A stretch of DNA of 64,000 nt from Harriotta raleighana (lineage: Eukaryota), in contig JBNZDD010013641.1 in the NCBI GenBank assembly GCA_050575255.1, positions 1,160,871-1,224,870 on the forward strand, given 5' to 3'. The notes beneath the pieces were generated by a model. That model was given only the letters and a program-made list of their open reading frames with translations, did not search any database and had not been told where the DNA came from. The first letter of the stretch is position 1. Each line of letters opens with the position of its first letter. Shown in pieces: positions 52,114-64,000 of this stretch. A program made the position numbers and the translations under genes.

Positions 52114-52858
52114 AGTCTCAAAGCGCTTCACATAATATACTGTCAAGTGAATTGACTATAAACATATGGGCGAAACGCAGCAGCCAAATACGCACAGCAG
52201 TGTCCCCACAAACAGTCGTGGATTGAAGTGACCAATTTGTTATTGTATTTTTTCTTCAGGGATTGTTATCAGGCGTGTGGAGTAAGGAAACTTGTCCAAG
52301 GTCTCGCCCTGCCTGGAATCAAACCCAGGTCTCCTGAAAGATTATGGTTAGAATCATTGTTTGTTACCCAGGGAGTGTGTAAGAATGGGGACAATCTTGA
52401 TTGATTTTAAGGAATGTGAGAGGAATCAGAGGAACTCTCACATTCCTAAGATTAAACCATGATAAACCTATGGAGGTACCCTGTGTAAGGAAATGTGATG
52501 AGACTTTGTTTGGTTATAAGGATCACATGGGCTAAATTTGAGTTAGGAACATATAAAAGAAAGATGTAATTTTGGAATAGTTGGAATCATTGTAGGAGGA
52601 ACAGTTGTGAGGTAGCTGGTGGTCAGTGACTTCCCTCAATGGAATCGGGTAATATCGATTACCCGATTTCATTGAATCTTACTGCTTTAATGTAACTCAA
52701 CAATATAACAATTGTTTGTGTTAAAGCATTAACCTTTGAATTGTGTATGATATTAAAAGATTTGTAATCCACACACCTGTATTGGGTAAAGTCTCTTTCT
52801 AATGAACCTTATTCTCACTTACGAAGTGAGTGCTCTAACCAGTGAGCTACAGGACTCC
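52114..52858 (-). mobile_element. tRNA-derived SINE split by the solo-LTR-like insert
   Basis: Body at 52114-52334 and head at 52813-52858 are contiguous in the family consensus. Confidence 0.8.
52335..52812 (+). mobile_element. Probable solo LTR inserted into a SINE head
   Basis: A ~480-bp insert interrupts the SINE motif ccaggtctc|tcgcttgc. It starts with TG, has TATA-like ATATAAAA at ~52551 and ATTAAA at ~52751, and a possible short TCTC duplication. The 3' end is not a clean CA. Confidence 0.6.
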
Positions 52859-53128
52859 ATCAGCGGATGAGATGTTAAACCAAAGTACTGTCTGCCTGTT
52901 TAGGTAAACCATAAGATGATCCCACTCCATTATTTGAAAGGAATAAGTAGTTTCTCTCGGTCAGTGTCCTGGCTAACAATCGCCAGCACTTCATGGCAGT
53001 TTGTGGTATATCACTGCGCGAAAACTGGCTGCCATGTTTTCCGAAAAATACAATACACAGGTCCTTTACTCTGCATTAAATCCTGTGACGTGTTGTGACA
53101 TGTTCTCCTCATATGAAAGGCACAATAT

Positions 53129-53420
53129 GGAGTCCTGTAGCTCACTGGTTAAAGCACTCGCCTCAGAAGCAAGAGACCTGGGTTTGATTCGCAGCAGGTC
53201 AGGGCGAAACCTCGGGTAAATTTCCTTACTTCATATGCCCAATAATAATCCCTCAAGAAAAATAAACAATAATAAATTGTTCACTTCAATCCATGACTGC
53301 TGCCGCATTTCGCCCACATACAGAGTGTCAATTCACTTTACGGTATTAATCTGTGAAGCGCTTTGAGACATCTAGAAGACATGATAAGGCGCTGTATCAA
53401 TGCAAGGACTCTTATCATTA
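53129..53420 (+). mobile_element. tRNA-derived SINE (short subtype)
   Basis: Family motifs. Confidence 0.85.
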
Positions 53421-56400
53421 ATATCAAATCCAAGACTGTAACAGAGAGAATGTCACACTAAACAACATGAATTCAAAGTCTCAACGTAAGGTTGGAACCT
53501 TTCTGTTTCGGAGTCGAGTGAGCTACCAACTGAGCCAGCCCAACAAGTGATTTTGGAACCCGATATCAAGTTCTCTACTGTATTGTTCTCAAGCAGGCAC
53601 TTAACAAGTTAGCTTTTGATGTAGATAATCAATGAGCATGTTGTTTCTACATATGCAACTTGGGGGGAGGCGGGAGGTGGGTGGTGATGGAAAGAAAGAA
53701 AACAAATAATCTACTGTCTATTTTGGCAAAGGAACCAGAGGGGAGATAGGAAGAATTTTTTTTTACCTGCAGTTATTAGTCTGGAATGGGTGGTGGAAGC
53801 AGATTCCATACTAATTTTCCAAAGAGAATTGGATTTTTACTTGAAAAGGAAAAAATTTGCAAGACTATAATAATAATTATAATCCTTACATTTTGATATA
53901 GTGCTTTACACATCTTATCGACGTCTCATAGAGCTTCACAGAATGTAGAATATACTGTAAAATGAATTGAGTATGTATTTGTCGGTAGGCATTACTTTTG
54001 AATTTTTTTTTTTTTTAAATTCCATTTAAAAAAACTTCAAACTTCAACTTCAATGGGCTGAATGGCCTCCTCCTGTGCTCTGTTAAGCTTCTCTGGTGAA
54101 TTTATTACCTTCACGTACCTGTCATTGCCTGTTTAAAATCTCTACCCCTGCGCATTAAAGGCGAAGAAGAAAAGCCACTGTTTGTGAATTGCACATCATG
54201 AAAGAAAAATAAAACGCTCAAGTTCACTTCGAAAATGTCAGAAATCAAATAAAAAATCTGGTGAGAACAAAAAAAATGACATCTCAGCTTATTGACAAAT
54301 AAATCATCAGGTTTCCTAGCGTTTGCGGAAGGTGAGTAATGACCTGGTGCCCAAGTAACACCACAGTATTTCAAAACCAATCTTTCATCCCACCACTAAA
54401 AGTCAGCCCTCAATTATCCCATTCTTAACAGCTGCTTCCACAAGACCAATAACCTCCACATAACACCCCCTCCCTCTTCATCAATGGGGTGGGGTTGGCG
54501 AGGGGGGAAGAGAAGGGACATACGGACCTCTGACAGACTTCCTCACTTCCCCTCACAGATTATATACATATGTATTCGGAGCATATATGCGAGTGATTGC
54601 TAGGAAGGTGAACTAGATGGACCTCGGTTGTTTTTTTCATCTTGCTTTTCCTTATGTCCTTATGTTGTTAAGGGATGTTGCAATATTGGAATCTCAATAC
54701 ATCAGCACAATACGTTGATGTGTTCATCCGACTGCGGTGATGTGCTTCGAAATGCATCTCAGGCAGGTCATAAGGTTTGAAATTCACAAATAAATGCCAG
54801 TTTATGAGATAATTCCTCTTTGCTCAAAATCAAGTTTCCACAGACAACTTAGGCACACGGTACATACCACACAGCAACAGCAAAGAATTGCAAAATACAT
54901 TTTTACAGCGCCCTTCGACTGAGTAGTGTCCTAGAGCGCTATATAACACACACACAGAGGAATACCAACGCACTTTCACATCACTTAGCCAAAGTAAAGT
55001 TCAGCAATTTTAGTTAAGTACCTGTCTTTTAGGTATTTTTTTCATAGAGGTGCAAAGTGTACAATAATAATAATAGTGATGAGCGAGAGACACACACAGT
55101 GTTAGAGAGTTAAAGAACGAGAAAAAAAAAGCATGTGTACACACACATGCACACTCGCCCACAGATAGCTAAAGAGGCAGACAGGGAAAGAGAAATGCAA
55201 GCACATAGAGAGACCTCATATCTGCAGTTTTAACAGCCATTAATTAATGGGCTCTCTATGGTATATAAGTATTTAAGAGTTCTGAGATGCCGTCTGGCAT
55301 AGAGGGGCTATATCAATCAAAGTTGTTGTTATTGTATAAATAAACAACTTGGGTCTCCTTCGCAGAGGTGATCAGACTTATCGCAGCGTCTGTCAGAGAC
55401 TAGGTGGCAGAATCGGGAGGTCCACAGGGCGAAACATTAACCCCTCCTTTGCTTCCGATTGGCCTGCTGCTCAGCTCCCGTTTTAAACAGGGTGCACTGT
55501 AATGTTCCACACCTCAATCTGATCTCTCCATCTCCCGCTGCTCGCAAAGTGATGACGCACCTGGTACATTCCCGAGCATCTAAACATTTCCACTGATATC
55601 GTAGCCTGATTTCACTTCAGACGTGATGTGGAGCACACAGGCATTTCATTCTACTGTCTGTGTAGTGGAAGAGAGAGTGCTTTTATATTGATTCTTTTTA
55701 TTTGGCAGATAATGTGTGTGTGTTGTAATACATAATATTCCTGTATATATATATAATATATTTGCCTGTGTGGGGAACAGCTGCCCTCGTATTGGTTCTC
55801 TTGCATAACGTTTCCTAATATAATAATAATCCTTGCATTTGAATATAGCGCTTTTCATGTCTTCTAGACGTCTCAAAGCGCTTCACAGAATATACTATAA
55901 AGTGAATTAACTGTATATTTGTGGGCGAAACGCGGCAGTCAAGTTGTGCACAGCAGCGTCCCCACAAACAGTCGTGGATGGAAATGACTAATTTATTATT
56001 GTCTCTTTTCTCTGTAAAGTGAATCGACTGTATATTTGTAGGCGAAACAAAACCTACCCATCGAAAGTGGGTAATAGAATCTTAAATTCCCCTCTCGTTC
56101 CCCCACACAGCCTGGGTAAGATACCGAGTGAGGAAACAGGTTGGATGAGAGCACACACACAGCCAGATACCCTCCACCCCATCCAGGATACAAACATAGA
56201 CCTCGCTGGGTCAGAGTCAGTGCTTTTCAAAATGATTATTTTAATTATAGACATTTTTAATTGGCAGATTGTTGGCAACAGAAGCACAGTATTAGCAATT
56301 CTAATGCCAACGGCACTAATTAAAGAGCGGCTGGTATCGATAGTGCAACCCACCACCTGTCTATAACAACCATCTGCCAACCATAAAAGACAAAAATACA

Positions 56401-56825
56401 TCAACGATACAACGATCCATGTCCCCTTTCCTTGAGTTGTCAATCGGATTCCTCTGCTGTGCTGTCCAGGAGAATAAATCCCATCTCCCGTTTTGGACAT
56501 TTCAAGACTTATGGCTTCAAACTGTGAATATCTTCAAAGTCCTTCAAAGCTTCAAAGCTCCTTGATCAGGCTTATTGCAGCGTATTCTACCTCTGCTAGC
56601 CCCATATCAACCTGCCCACTCCCTCCGCTCAGCAGGCTCCGACCTGCTCCACGTATGCCCACCCGGGCACCATGTGTAGTCAGGCCTTCAGCCTCTCTGT
56701 CCCCATCCTTTAGATGTCCATCCCATATTCCCTTCTTCTCGCTCCCTCCCTTGGCTTCTTAAAGGCACGTCTCAAGACCCTCCTCTTGAACTGCACCTAC
56801 AGGAATTTTTCTACCCCTACCCTCC

Positions 56826-57172
56826 CAGGAACGGCGCAAGGAAACTTTGGCGCCCTAGGCGAGCCTTCAGATGTGCGCCTCCTAATAACTTTTGATAAGC
56901 TAATGTTAATTCTACTTACTGCTGTTCACTGCTTGTTCACTGCGTCTATGTTTGTGTAGTCCGTTTAAAATCACACCATTCTGCATGTGTGTATGTGGTG
57001 CGCTTAAAATCATGTGTGTGTGTGTACTGCTTGTTCAATTGCTGCTAATTCTCATGCCTCCGCCACTATATGCCGCAGTAATTTTCACCGTGCACGGCAA
57101 ACCATATGTGCTCTGTAAAATTTGGGCACCCTAGGCAACCGCCTCGTTCATCTAAAGGTAGCGTCGGCCCTG
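56826..57172. mobile_element. hAT (Tip100-like) MITE nested in an L2 3' fragment
   Basis: Ends CAGGAACGGCGC... / ...GCGTCGGCCCTG, with a perfect 8-bp TSD TACCCTCC (56818-56825, 57173-57180) and subterminal GCCCTAGGC-like motifs. Confidence 0.85.
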
Positions 57173-60097
57173 TACCCTCCCGCCCTCCACCATTCCTGAA
57201 ACTTGGGATGTCCTCCTGAGGTGAAAGATGCTGTACTAATGTAATTTTGTATTGCATAAGCTGACTGAAACATACACTGAGGTGCGAAGGTGCCAGATCA
57301 GAGAACACAAATCAACCATATCAAAAAAGAGCTAATTTGACCCAGTGTGTCTGTCTATTACCTCTTGTTTCTCTAGCTGTAATAATAATCCTTGCATTTT
57401 GATATAATGGCTCATCACGTTGTCAAAATATTTCAAAGCACTTCTCGGGATTGTTACTGTAAAGTGTCAGATGCGTTTGTACTCAAAATCATCTTTTTTT
57501 AATGGCTAATTCCACTTTCCAGCTAGTATCACTTAAATGTTTTGTTTTACTGATCAGATGCCTATCCAACTCCCTTTTGAATGCTTCAGTTGCTCTGGTT
57601 TCGAAAGCCAATTCCAAACCCTCTGAGTCAAGATATACCTCCTAAAGTCTCCCTTCAATTTTCTTATGATCGCTTGTAGGTCTCGGCATAGATTCAACAA
57701 CCACAAACAACAAAACAATAAAATTACATTTATAGAGCGCCTTTCACGTTGGGAGGATTCCCTATTAGTGTTCATGCTTTTGCTTTGTACATTTCTCCAC
57801 CATTCTCTGCTCCTCCTCTTACAAATCCTACTGTCACTCTTGAACCTCCTCTTGTGGATCAGAGGTGGTGAGAGATGCGATCACGAGGCTTCTTACTTTG
57901 CTTGGATATTAAACTAGAAGCACACCTAGCCTAGCCATCTAGATCCCAACCCCTGCCCATCTACACAGGGCATCCAGCAACCATCCGTCACCTCTCCAAA
58001 GTGGGCATTAATTAACCCTGCTAAAGTCAGCATGCTTTAGCATGCGTGGGGTATAATAATATTCTGTACTTTGATACTGCACCTTATCAAAGTACGGCTG
58101 TTTGTGGGACACTGCTATGGGGTGGCTGCCACGTATTGCCCACAAAATAGATAGTCAATTCACTTTACAGTATATTCCGTGAAGCGCTTTAATGAGGCTG
58201 ATAAGGCGCTGTATCAAATGCAAGGATTATTATTATTAAAGTGGTTCGCAACATTTCCTACAAAATGCAGGCAAAGTTTGGAGAGGATGTGAGAGGTGGG
58301 TGGAAAGGGAGAATAATTGGGAGAGGAAGTACCAGTCTTATTTTCTTCCCCTCTTATTTTCTTCCCCTCCCAAAGCAGTGACCAAATCCTCCCATCTTTC
58401 CCCCACCCCCAAACCCCCCAGCTTCCTCTGCTTCCTCAGACACAGAGAGAACAAGGGATTGGTGTGTGCGATGTGTGTCTAGATGAATCCACCAGAGAAG
58501 ACATTCAACAACCACTTAAGTTTGCAATCACGCAGAAATAGCTAGTGTACATCCACAGGAGAGCCGGCAACACAGCCACTGTCCTCTCTACTCCCCCCAC
58601 CAACCCCCCTTCCAAATTCGAGCAGCTGCAGAAAAAAAGACCAGTTACAGACAACCTTGTTAAGAAACTCGCCTAGACCATCCCAAGTCCCCAAGCAAGT
58701 ATCTATGTAGGCTAATCCTAGTTTTTAATGCATTAGAATTTATGCAAATTCTTAAGATTCTTTTCTCAACAAAACTGCAGCCAAAACCCAGGAGGCAGAA
58801 GGAATTTATATCAAATGAATTGAGCTTCACAGTAATAACAGCTGACAGCAGTCAGGCTGGGAGTGAGTACAATTATGCCAACGGAGTCAATCGCTGACTC
58901 GAAGCGCCATTTCTCATCTTGCTCGTAACTAGCTGCAGTTTATTCACAGTTTATCAACCTCGGCCCTTCACCTTGGGGGTCTGTCAATTGTTTACCTGGT
59001 TTTCCATTTCCTGCAGCAAAATAAAACCAGCCGCAGGAGGTCCGTAAAATAAGTCACTTAGAATGCTAAAGTTCGCCAGTGTTTCACAAAACACTGCTTG
59101 AAAAACATAGTGAGGGCCAGATAACAATCAGGCTGTTATTTAACAGTTAATTCCGCCAACCATGGCAGGGTGCAAACATTAATAATAACAATAATCCTTG
59201 CATTTAATACAGTGCCTTAGCACTTCTTACAGAGATGCCTCAAAGCGCTTCACAGCATGTACTGTAAAGTGAAATCGATTGTATATTTTACGGGTGAAAC
59301 ACGGCAGCCAATTGTGTGCAGCAGTGTCCCACAAACAGTCGTGCATTGAAGTGACCAAATTCTTATTATTTTGTCGTACAGTTGCAGTGTACAAATGTAC
59401 AGGACTCCACAATTGGGACACAACTCACTGAGCTTGTCAATTCAACACACTTGTGTAAGGACTAATGCACTGGCCTACTTTCCTTTTCCTGCAATAACTG
59501 GAGTTCTCCAGTCTCCAGATAATTTTGCCCAGATAATTTTGCCCACAAATATACAGTCAATTTTTTCCTACTTTCCTTCCCCCGATCCCTCCCCTCCACC
59601 CCACTTTGATCCCTACTTGACTATACAGCGCCTTGGGACTTTCTCCCGACATGAAAGGCACTATATAAATGTCATTTTGATTGATTGATTGACAATAGTC
59701 AGTCAGGTTTTGTAGTCGTCGTCACATCACCGTATGTAATGCATCATGATGTATAATAATCCTTTCTCCTTTTTTTGTTCCTCTTTAGCATCTGAATCAA
59801 TTCCAAACATTTCAAAGTGCTTCGCAGATAATTTCTGTCAGATGTCGGGACTTTTTACTGCGGTGACTATTCTTAACCCTGGGAGGAAATCTTTTGTTTG
59901 AAGGATGTGGTTGGGATCTTTTAACGTCTATCTGATCAGATAAGATCATTCAGGTGAACGCAATCAGTCTAACTCAGTTCAGAATGAGGAAAGACTTTCT
60001 CCTCAACCAATGAGACCAGCCCCCAAGTAAAACTGTCATTCAAGACATGGACATTTTTTTTAATATACAGAAACAAACTGGCTGTTACCCTTGCCCC

Positions 60098-60465
60098 ATA
60101 ATAATAATCCTTGTATTTAATATAGGGCTTTTCATGTCTTTTAGACTTCTCAAATCGCTTGACAGAATTTACTGTAAAGTGAATTGACTGTATATTTGTG
60201 GGCGGAATGTGGCAGTTAGTTGGAACATGAAAGGCAAACAGCCGTGGACCGAGTGACCAAACTATTACCGTTTTGGTTTGTTTTTAAAGATTATTATCCC
60301 CAGAAAAGTGATCCTCTAATTGACTAACAACCAGGTTCCAATTTACTACTGGGTAAACAGAGGCGTGTGGAGTAAGGAAATTTGCCCAACGTTTTGCCCT
60401 GTCGGTAACAGAACCCAGGTCACTCGCTTGGGAGGCGAGTGTTCAGCTAACCACTGAGCTACAGG
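60098..60465 (-). mobile_element. tRNA-derived SINE (long subtype)
   Basis: Family motifs. Confidence 0.85.
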
Positions 60466-61504
60466 AATAAACATCTGGAATGTTAAAGTTGCTTGATAGG
60501 AATTACCCACGATGCTCGTTGAGATGTTACCCAAGTGTTATTATTAAAGCGTAAATCCCTGTATTTGGGCTGAATTCTGGCGTTTTAGCCGTCATAACAA
60601 TTTGAAGCACACGTCATTGTGAACACTGTGTCTGTTCATTCAGTAGCGCCTTGGGACGTCCTCCCAACCGTGAAAGATGCTCTACAAATGTAATTTTGTT
60701 GTTCTTGCAAAGCGGCCAAGACTTATTACTGCCTTCGTAATAAACCATACACTGTTGATTTAGCAGAGTAAGGGATGTAATCACTTGTCAGTAGCAAGCT
60801 AAAATTTCAGCTTAGTTCAAACTGGGTTACTATGACACTGAGACATTGCAAATGCAGGCAGCATCTTGTTGTAGACATGACCTGCCAAAACACTGTGGAA
60901 CTCGATCCTCTGCATCATCAGTCTATTCTATCCTTTCCCCACCACCCCACCACCCCAAGCAGGCTGCCCGTAGCTAACAATAACTGTGAGAGGAAGCCTG
61001 AATACTGTACATCACAAGATCAGTTCGGATCCAGGAGACAATACTGGAAAATTATATTTGTATCATGCCTCTCATGTTGGGAGGACGTGTCAGGAGCAAG
61101 GAGACCTTTTTGCCCATCCGATCCCATCTCTCCAGAATATCCACCCTACTGTCTTCCCATCAAGCTGCTGTTTAAGTAAAAAAAACTTCCATCTCACCCC
61201 CTCCCACTGACAAAATAAAAGCTGTGTTCAGATTTGTTGCTCAGTATGTCAATGTAGAGCAGGGAGCTGAATCAACAGCTCACTGCGTTAGCAGGGCCTA
61301 CATCCTACAGAAATCACTTTCTGAAGCTGAAACTGTATCTCAGTTCAATATCTGATAACACCAAGGTCCTGGATACTCATTTTCTCCATTTGAGATTTTA
61401 TTCAGTCAGTTCCCAAAAGCCACAGACTCTCTACCTCCGTGATCTCGACTGACTCCGGCACTGTGATTTTAGTGGCCTCTGTCTCAGTGACAAATCACTG
61501 GGTG

Positions 61505-61990
61505 TCAGACCTGGCTCAGTGAGCAGCAAGCACTCCTGCCCCACGACTCAGAGACTGCGAGTTCAAATCCCTGTGAATCTCTGCGCTGTGAGAGGTGCCG
61601 TCCTTCGGATGAGACATTAATAATAATAATAATAATCCTTGCATTTGATATAGCGCTTTTCACATCTTCAAGATGCCTCAAAGCGCTTCACAGAATACAT
61701 TAAACTGAGCTCCAATCTGCCTGCTCAGGTGAACATTAAAAGATCCCTTGACACTAGTTAAGAAGAGAAGGGAGTTTCTCTCTCCCAGTCTCCTGGCCAA
61801 CAATCCTCCAAATACATAAAATTGTTTAACTCACTTCATTGGTTGCTGAAGGGACCTTGCTAGGTGCAAATTGGCTGTTGTGTTTGCCTACACAGTCACT
61901 ACACTCTACAGTAAATCGTGTGAAGCGCTTTGAGGTCTCAATGACAGGATAGTGTGCTGTATATCAAATGCAAGCATTGTGGTGATTATT
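61505..61990 (+). mobile_element. Older Deu-domain SINE with a nested younger SINE tail (61620-61700)
   Basis: ggctcagtgagcagc head; ccttcggatgagacattaa...aaagatccc...cctggccaac. Confidence 0.65.
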
Positions 61991-63386
61991 ATTATATTAT
62001 TATTAAATTCTGCGCACGTCTATAATGTAAACCATCACCAGGAGGGATCATACATCAGAGAAGGACAACTTGTTCTGAATGAGGAACCAGGATGTCTTTT
62101 TACATAGTCAACAAATGCAGATTTAAATAAAGAGAGCCGGCGAGAGAGTGAGAGGGGCTCAGCATTCATCAGCTCCTCATGCTGCGTACACTGACTGACG
62201 TCAATCTGGCTTTAAATGGCCTCTGGACTTTCAGAGACCACTAATCATTAAATCCCCCCCCACCTCTCTCACACACATACATACCCATCACTTCCCAAAA
62301 AATATTCCTGTCACAACACGGGTTACTGCAGGAGGCAAGGTGAAAGTGGCATTGCCGGCAACAACAGAAGAAAGTGTTCGATGGAGGGTGTATGGTGCCG
62401 AATGCCACAGTACAAGTCAGAAACCAACTGCGTGTGGAATGGAGTTGGGGTGTAACAGGATACAATTTACACTGACTTGAGAGGCACAGAGAAATGCTGT
62501 AATCATCAAGGTGTGGGTTGGATAGTGTATACAGGGTGTGTGTATACAGGGTGGAGTGTGTATACAGGAGGGTTTGTATACAGGGTGGGGTATGTATACA
62601 GGGAAAGAATGTTTCGCCCAATCTAGGGATGCAGAGTATTAAATATGTAAGTCCTGTACACTGTGATTTCCTGGTTCCCAGTTTCTTTCTGGGAGAAAAA
62701 CGAGGAGAGGAAATATATACAATATTACACTCTTGGCTTTCAATCTCTGGAAGGGATTTGGGACCTGGAACAGTAGCCAACTACCATGTCTGTGGGCGAG
62801 AAGGAACAGTTTTGAAAGTGCTGTTTACATCACTGTTCAGGATCTAATAGAACCTATTGGGGAGGTGACAGGAAGGAGCCTCATTTATCAGCTGAGTTAC
62901 TTGCAGCTAAATTCACGGGGATAACAATAACGTTTCACTTTCCCTCCAGTTCTGCCTTGGATAGCAGCAAATTGCAAATATTCCGGATAGCAAATTTTTT
63001 TTTTCTCATCAGCCGGATGTCTGTCATACGTGGCAACCCCTTCACCATGTTTAACAGTGTCCACAATAAACATGTGGTGTGCCACTACACCTGAAAATTT
63101 CCACACATTATATCAAATGCAAGGATTATTATTATGTGGATTGTCTGCCTAGAGAGTAATAGGGGGTAAATTGTTGTAATGAGCAAAGGTTTGGGGACCC
63201 CAGAGATGCTTCTGGAATCTAACCAGCTAACCAGCTAAAACTGCATTGTTTGAATGAAATATTGCTGGATAATTTGGGGGCAACGTTAAGCGGGGTCTAC
63301 CTGTATTTTGTGCCGATATACTTTAGTCTTCCTATAATAATGCTTGTATTCTGTATTGCACTTTTCACATCTTCTACATGTCCCAA

Positions 63387-64000
63387 AGTGAGAAGGATAG
63401 TAACCATCTGCAAGAAGATATAGACAAATTGGTAAAGTGGGCAGACACATGGCAGATGAAGTTTAATGCAGAGAAGTGTGAGGTGATGCATTTTGGGAGA
63501 AGAAATGAAGGGAGGCAATATAGACTAGATAGTGCAAATTTAAATGGTGTGAAGGAACAGAGAGACCTGGGGATTTGTGTTAGTGACTCGTTGAAGGTGG
63601 CAGGTCAGGTAGACAAGGCTGTTAAGAAGGCATATGGGATACTAGGCTTTATAAATAGGGGTATAGAGTACAAAAGTCAGGAAGTGCTGACTAACCTCTA
63701 TAGAACTTTGGTGAGGCCTCAGCTGGAGTACTGTGTTCAATTCTGGTCACCACACTATAGAAAGGATGTGAAGGCATTGGAAAGGGTACAGAGAAGATTT
63801 ACTAGGATGGTGCCAGGATTGAGGGACTTCACCTATGAGGAAAGGCTAGATAGGCTAGGGTTATTCTCTCTAGAACAGAGAAGATTGAGGGGAGACCTAA
63901 TAGAGGTTTATAAGATCATGAGGGGTTTCGACAGGGCAAATAGAGAAAAACTATTTCCACTCGTGGGCGAATCTGTGACCCGTGGTCACAGATTTAAAAT
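63387..64000 (+). mobile_element. CR1-clade LINE ORF2 C-terminal region, 5'-truncated, continuing past the window end
   Basis: Open frame with no stop: LQEDIDKLVKWADTWQMKFNAEKCEVMHFG...RDLG...LYRTLVRPQLEYCVQFWSPHYRKDVKALERVQRRFTRM...RRLRGDLIEVYKIM...TRGH. It is missing from the ORF track because it has no stop codon in the window. Confidence 0.95.

Noticed and set aside
62241-63106. 179-aa and neighbouring ORFs as possible upstream DPH1 exons
   Set aside because: No DPH1 motifs; partly a gtgtatacaggg repeat.
1-64000. miR-132/212, HIC1, OVCA2 or RTN4RL1 sequence expected from synteny
   Set aside because: I saw no mature miRNA match or recognisable coding motif by eye; a BLAST search would be needed to exclude them fully.

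Overview
Vertebrate nuclear genomic DNA, most likely from a cartilaginous fish such as a chimaera or shark (inferred from the repeat families). It is almost entirely intronic. The only host-gene coding sequence I can support is one 122-nt minus-strand exon of DPH1 (diphthamide biosynthesis 1) at 30716-30837, with canonical AG/GT sites. I found no other DPH1 exon, so both flanking introns appear to be at least 30 kb. The rest is dense with transposable elements: dozens of copies of a tRNA-derived SINE, older Deu-type SINEs, and L2 and CR1 LINE fragments. There is also an internally deleted Gypsy LTR element (LTRs, tRNA-Ser PBS, PPT, 5-bp TSD), a probable solo LTR, hAT and Tigger-like MITEs with TSDs, and Penelope-like remnants with degenerate hammerhead cores. 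The most notable unexplained structure is a ~590-bp inverted duplication (25279-25867 / 40142-40775) that brackets the DPH1 exon. One copy lies between two same-strand hammerhead-like motifs 751 nt apart. A UG-repeat minisatellite is built from the exon's own 3' splice-site region. Several repeat-free, TAAT-rich blocks are candidate conserved non-coding elements. Almost all ORFs in the supplied track are spurious. Repeat boundaries and identities were read by eye and are approximate unless TSDs or splice sites are given. I see no compelling evidence for a wholly new biological system; the leads below are testable hypotheses.
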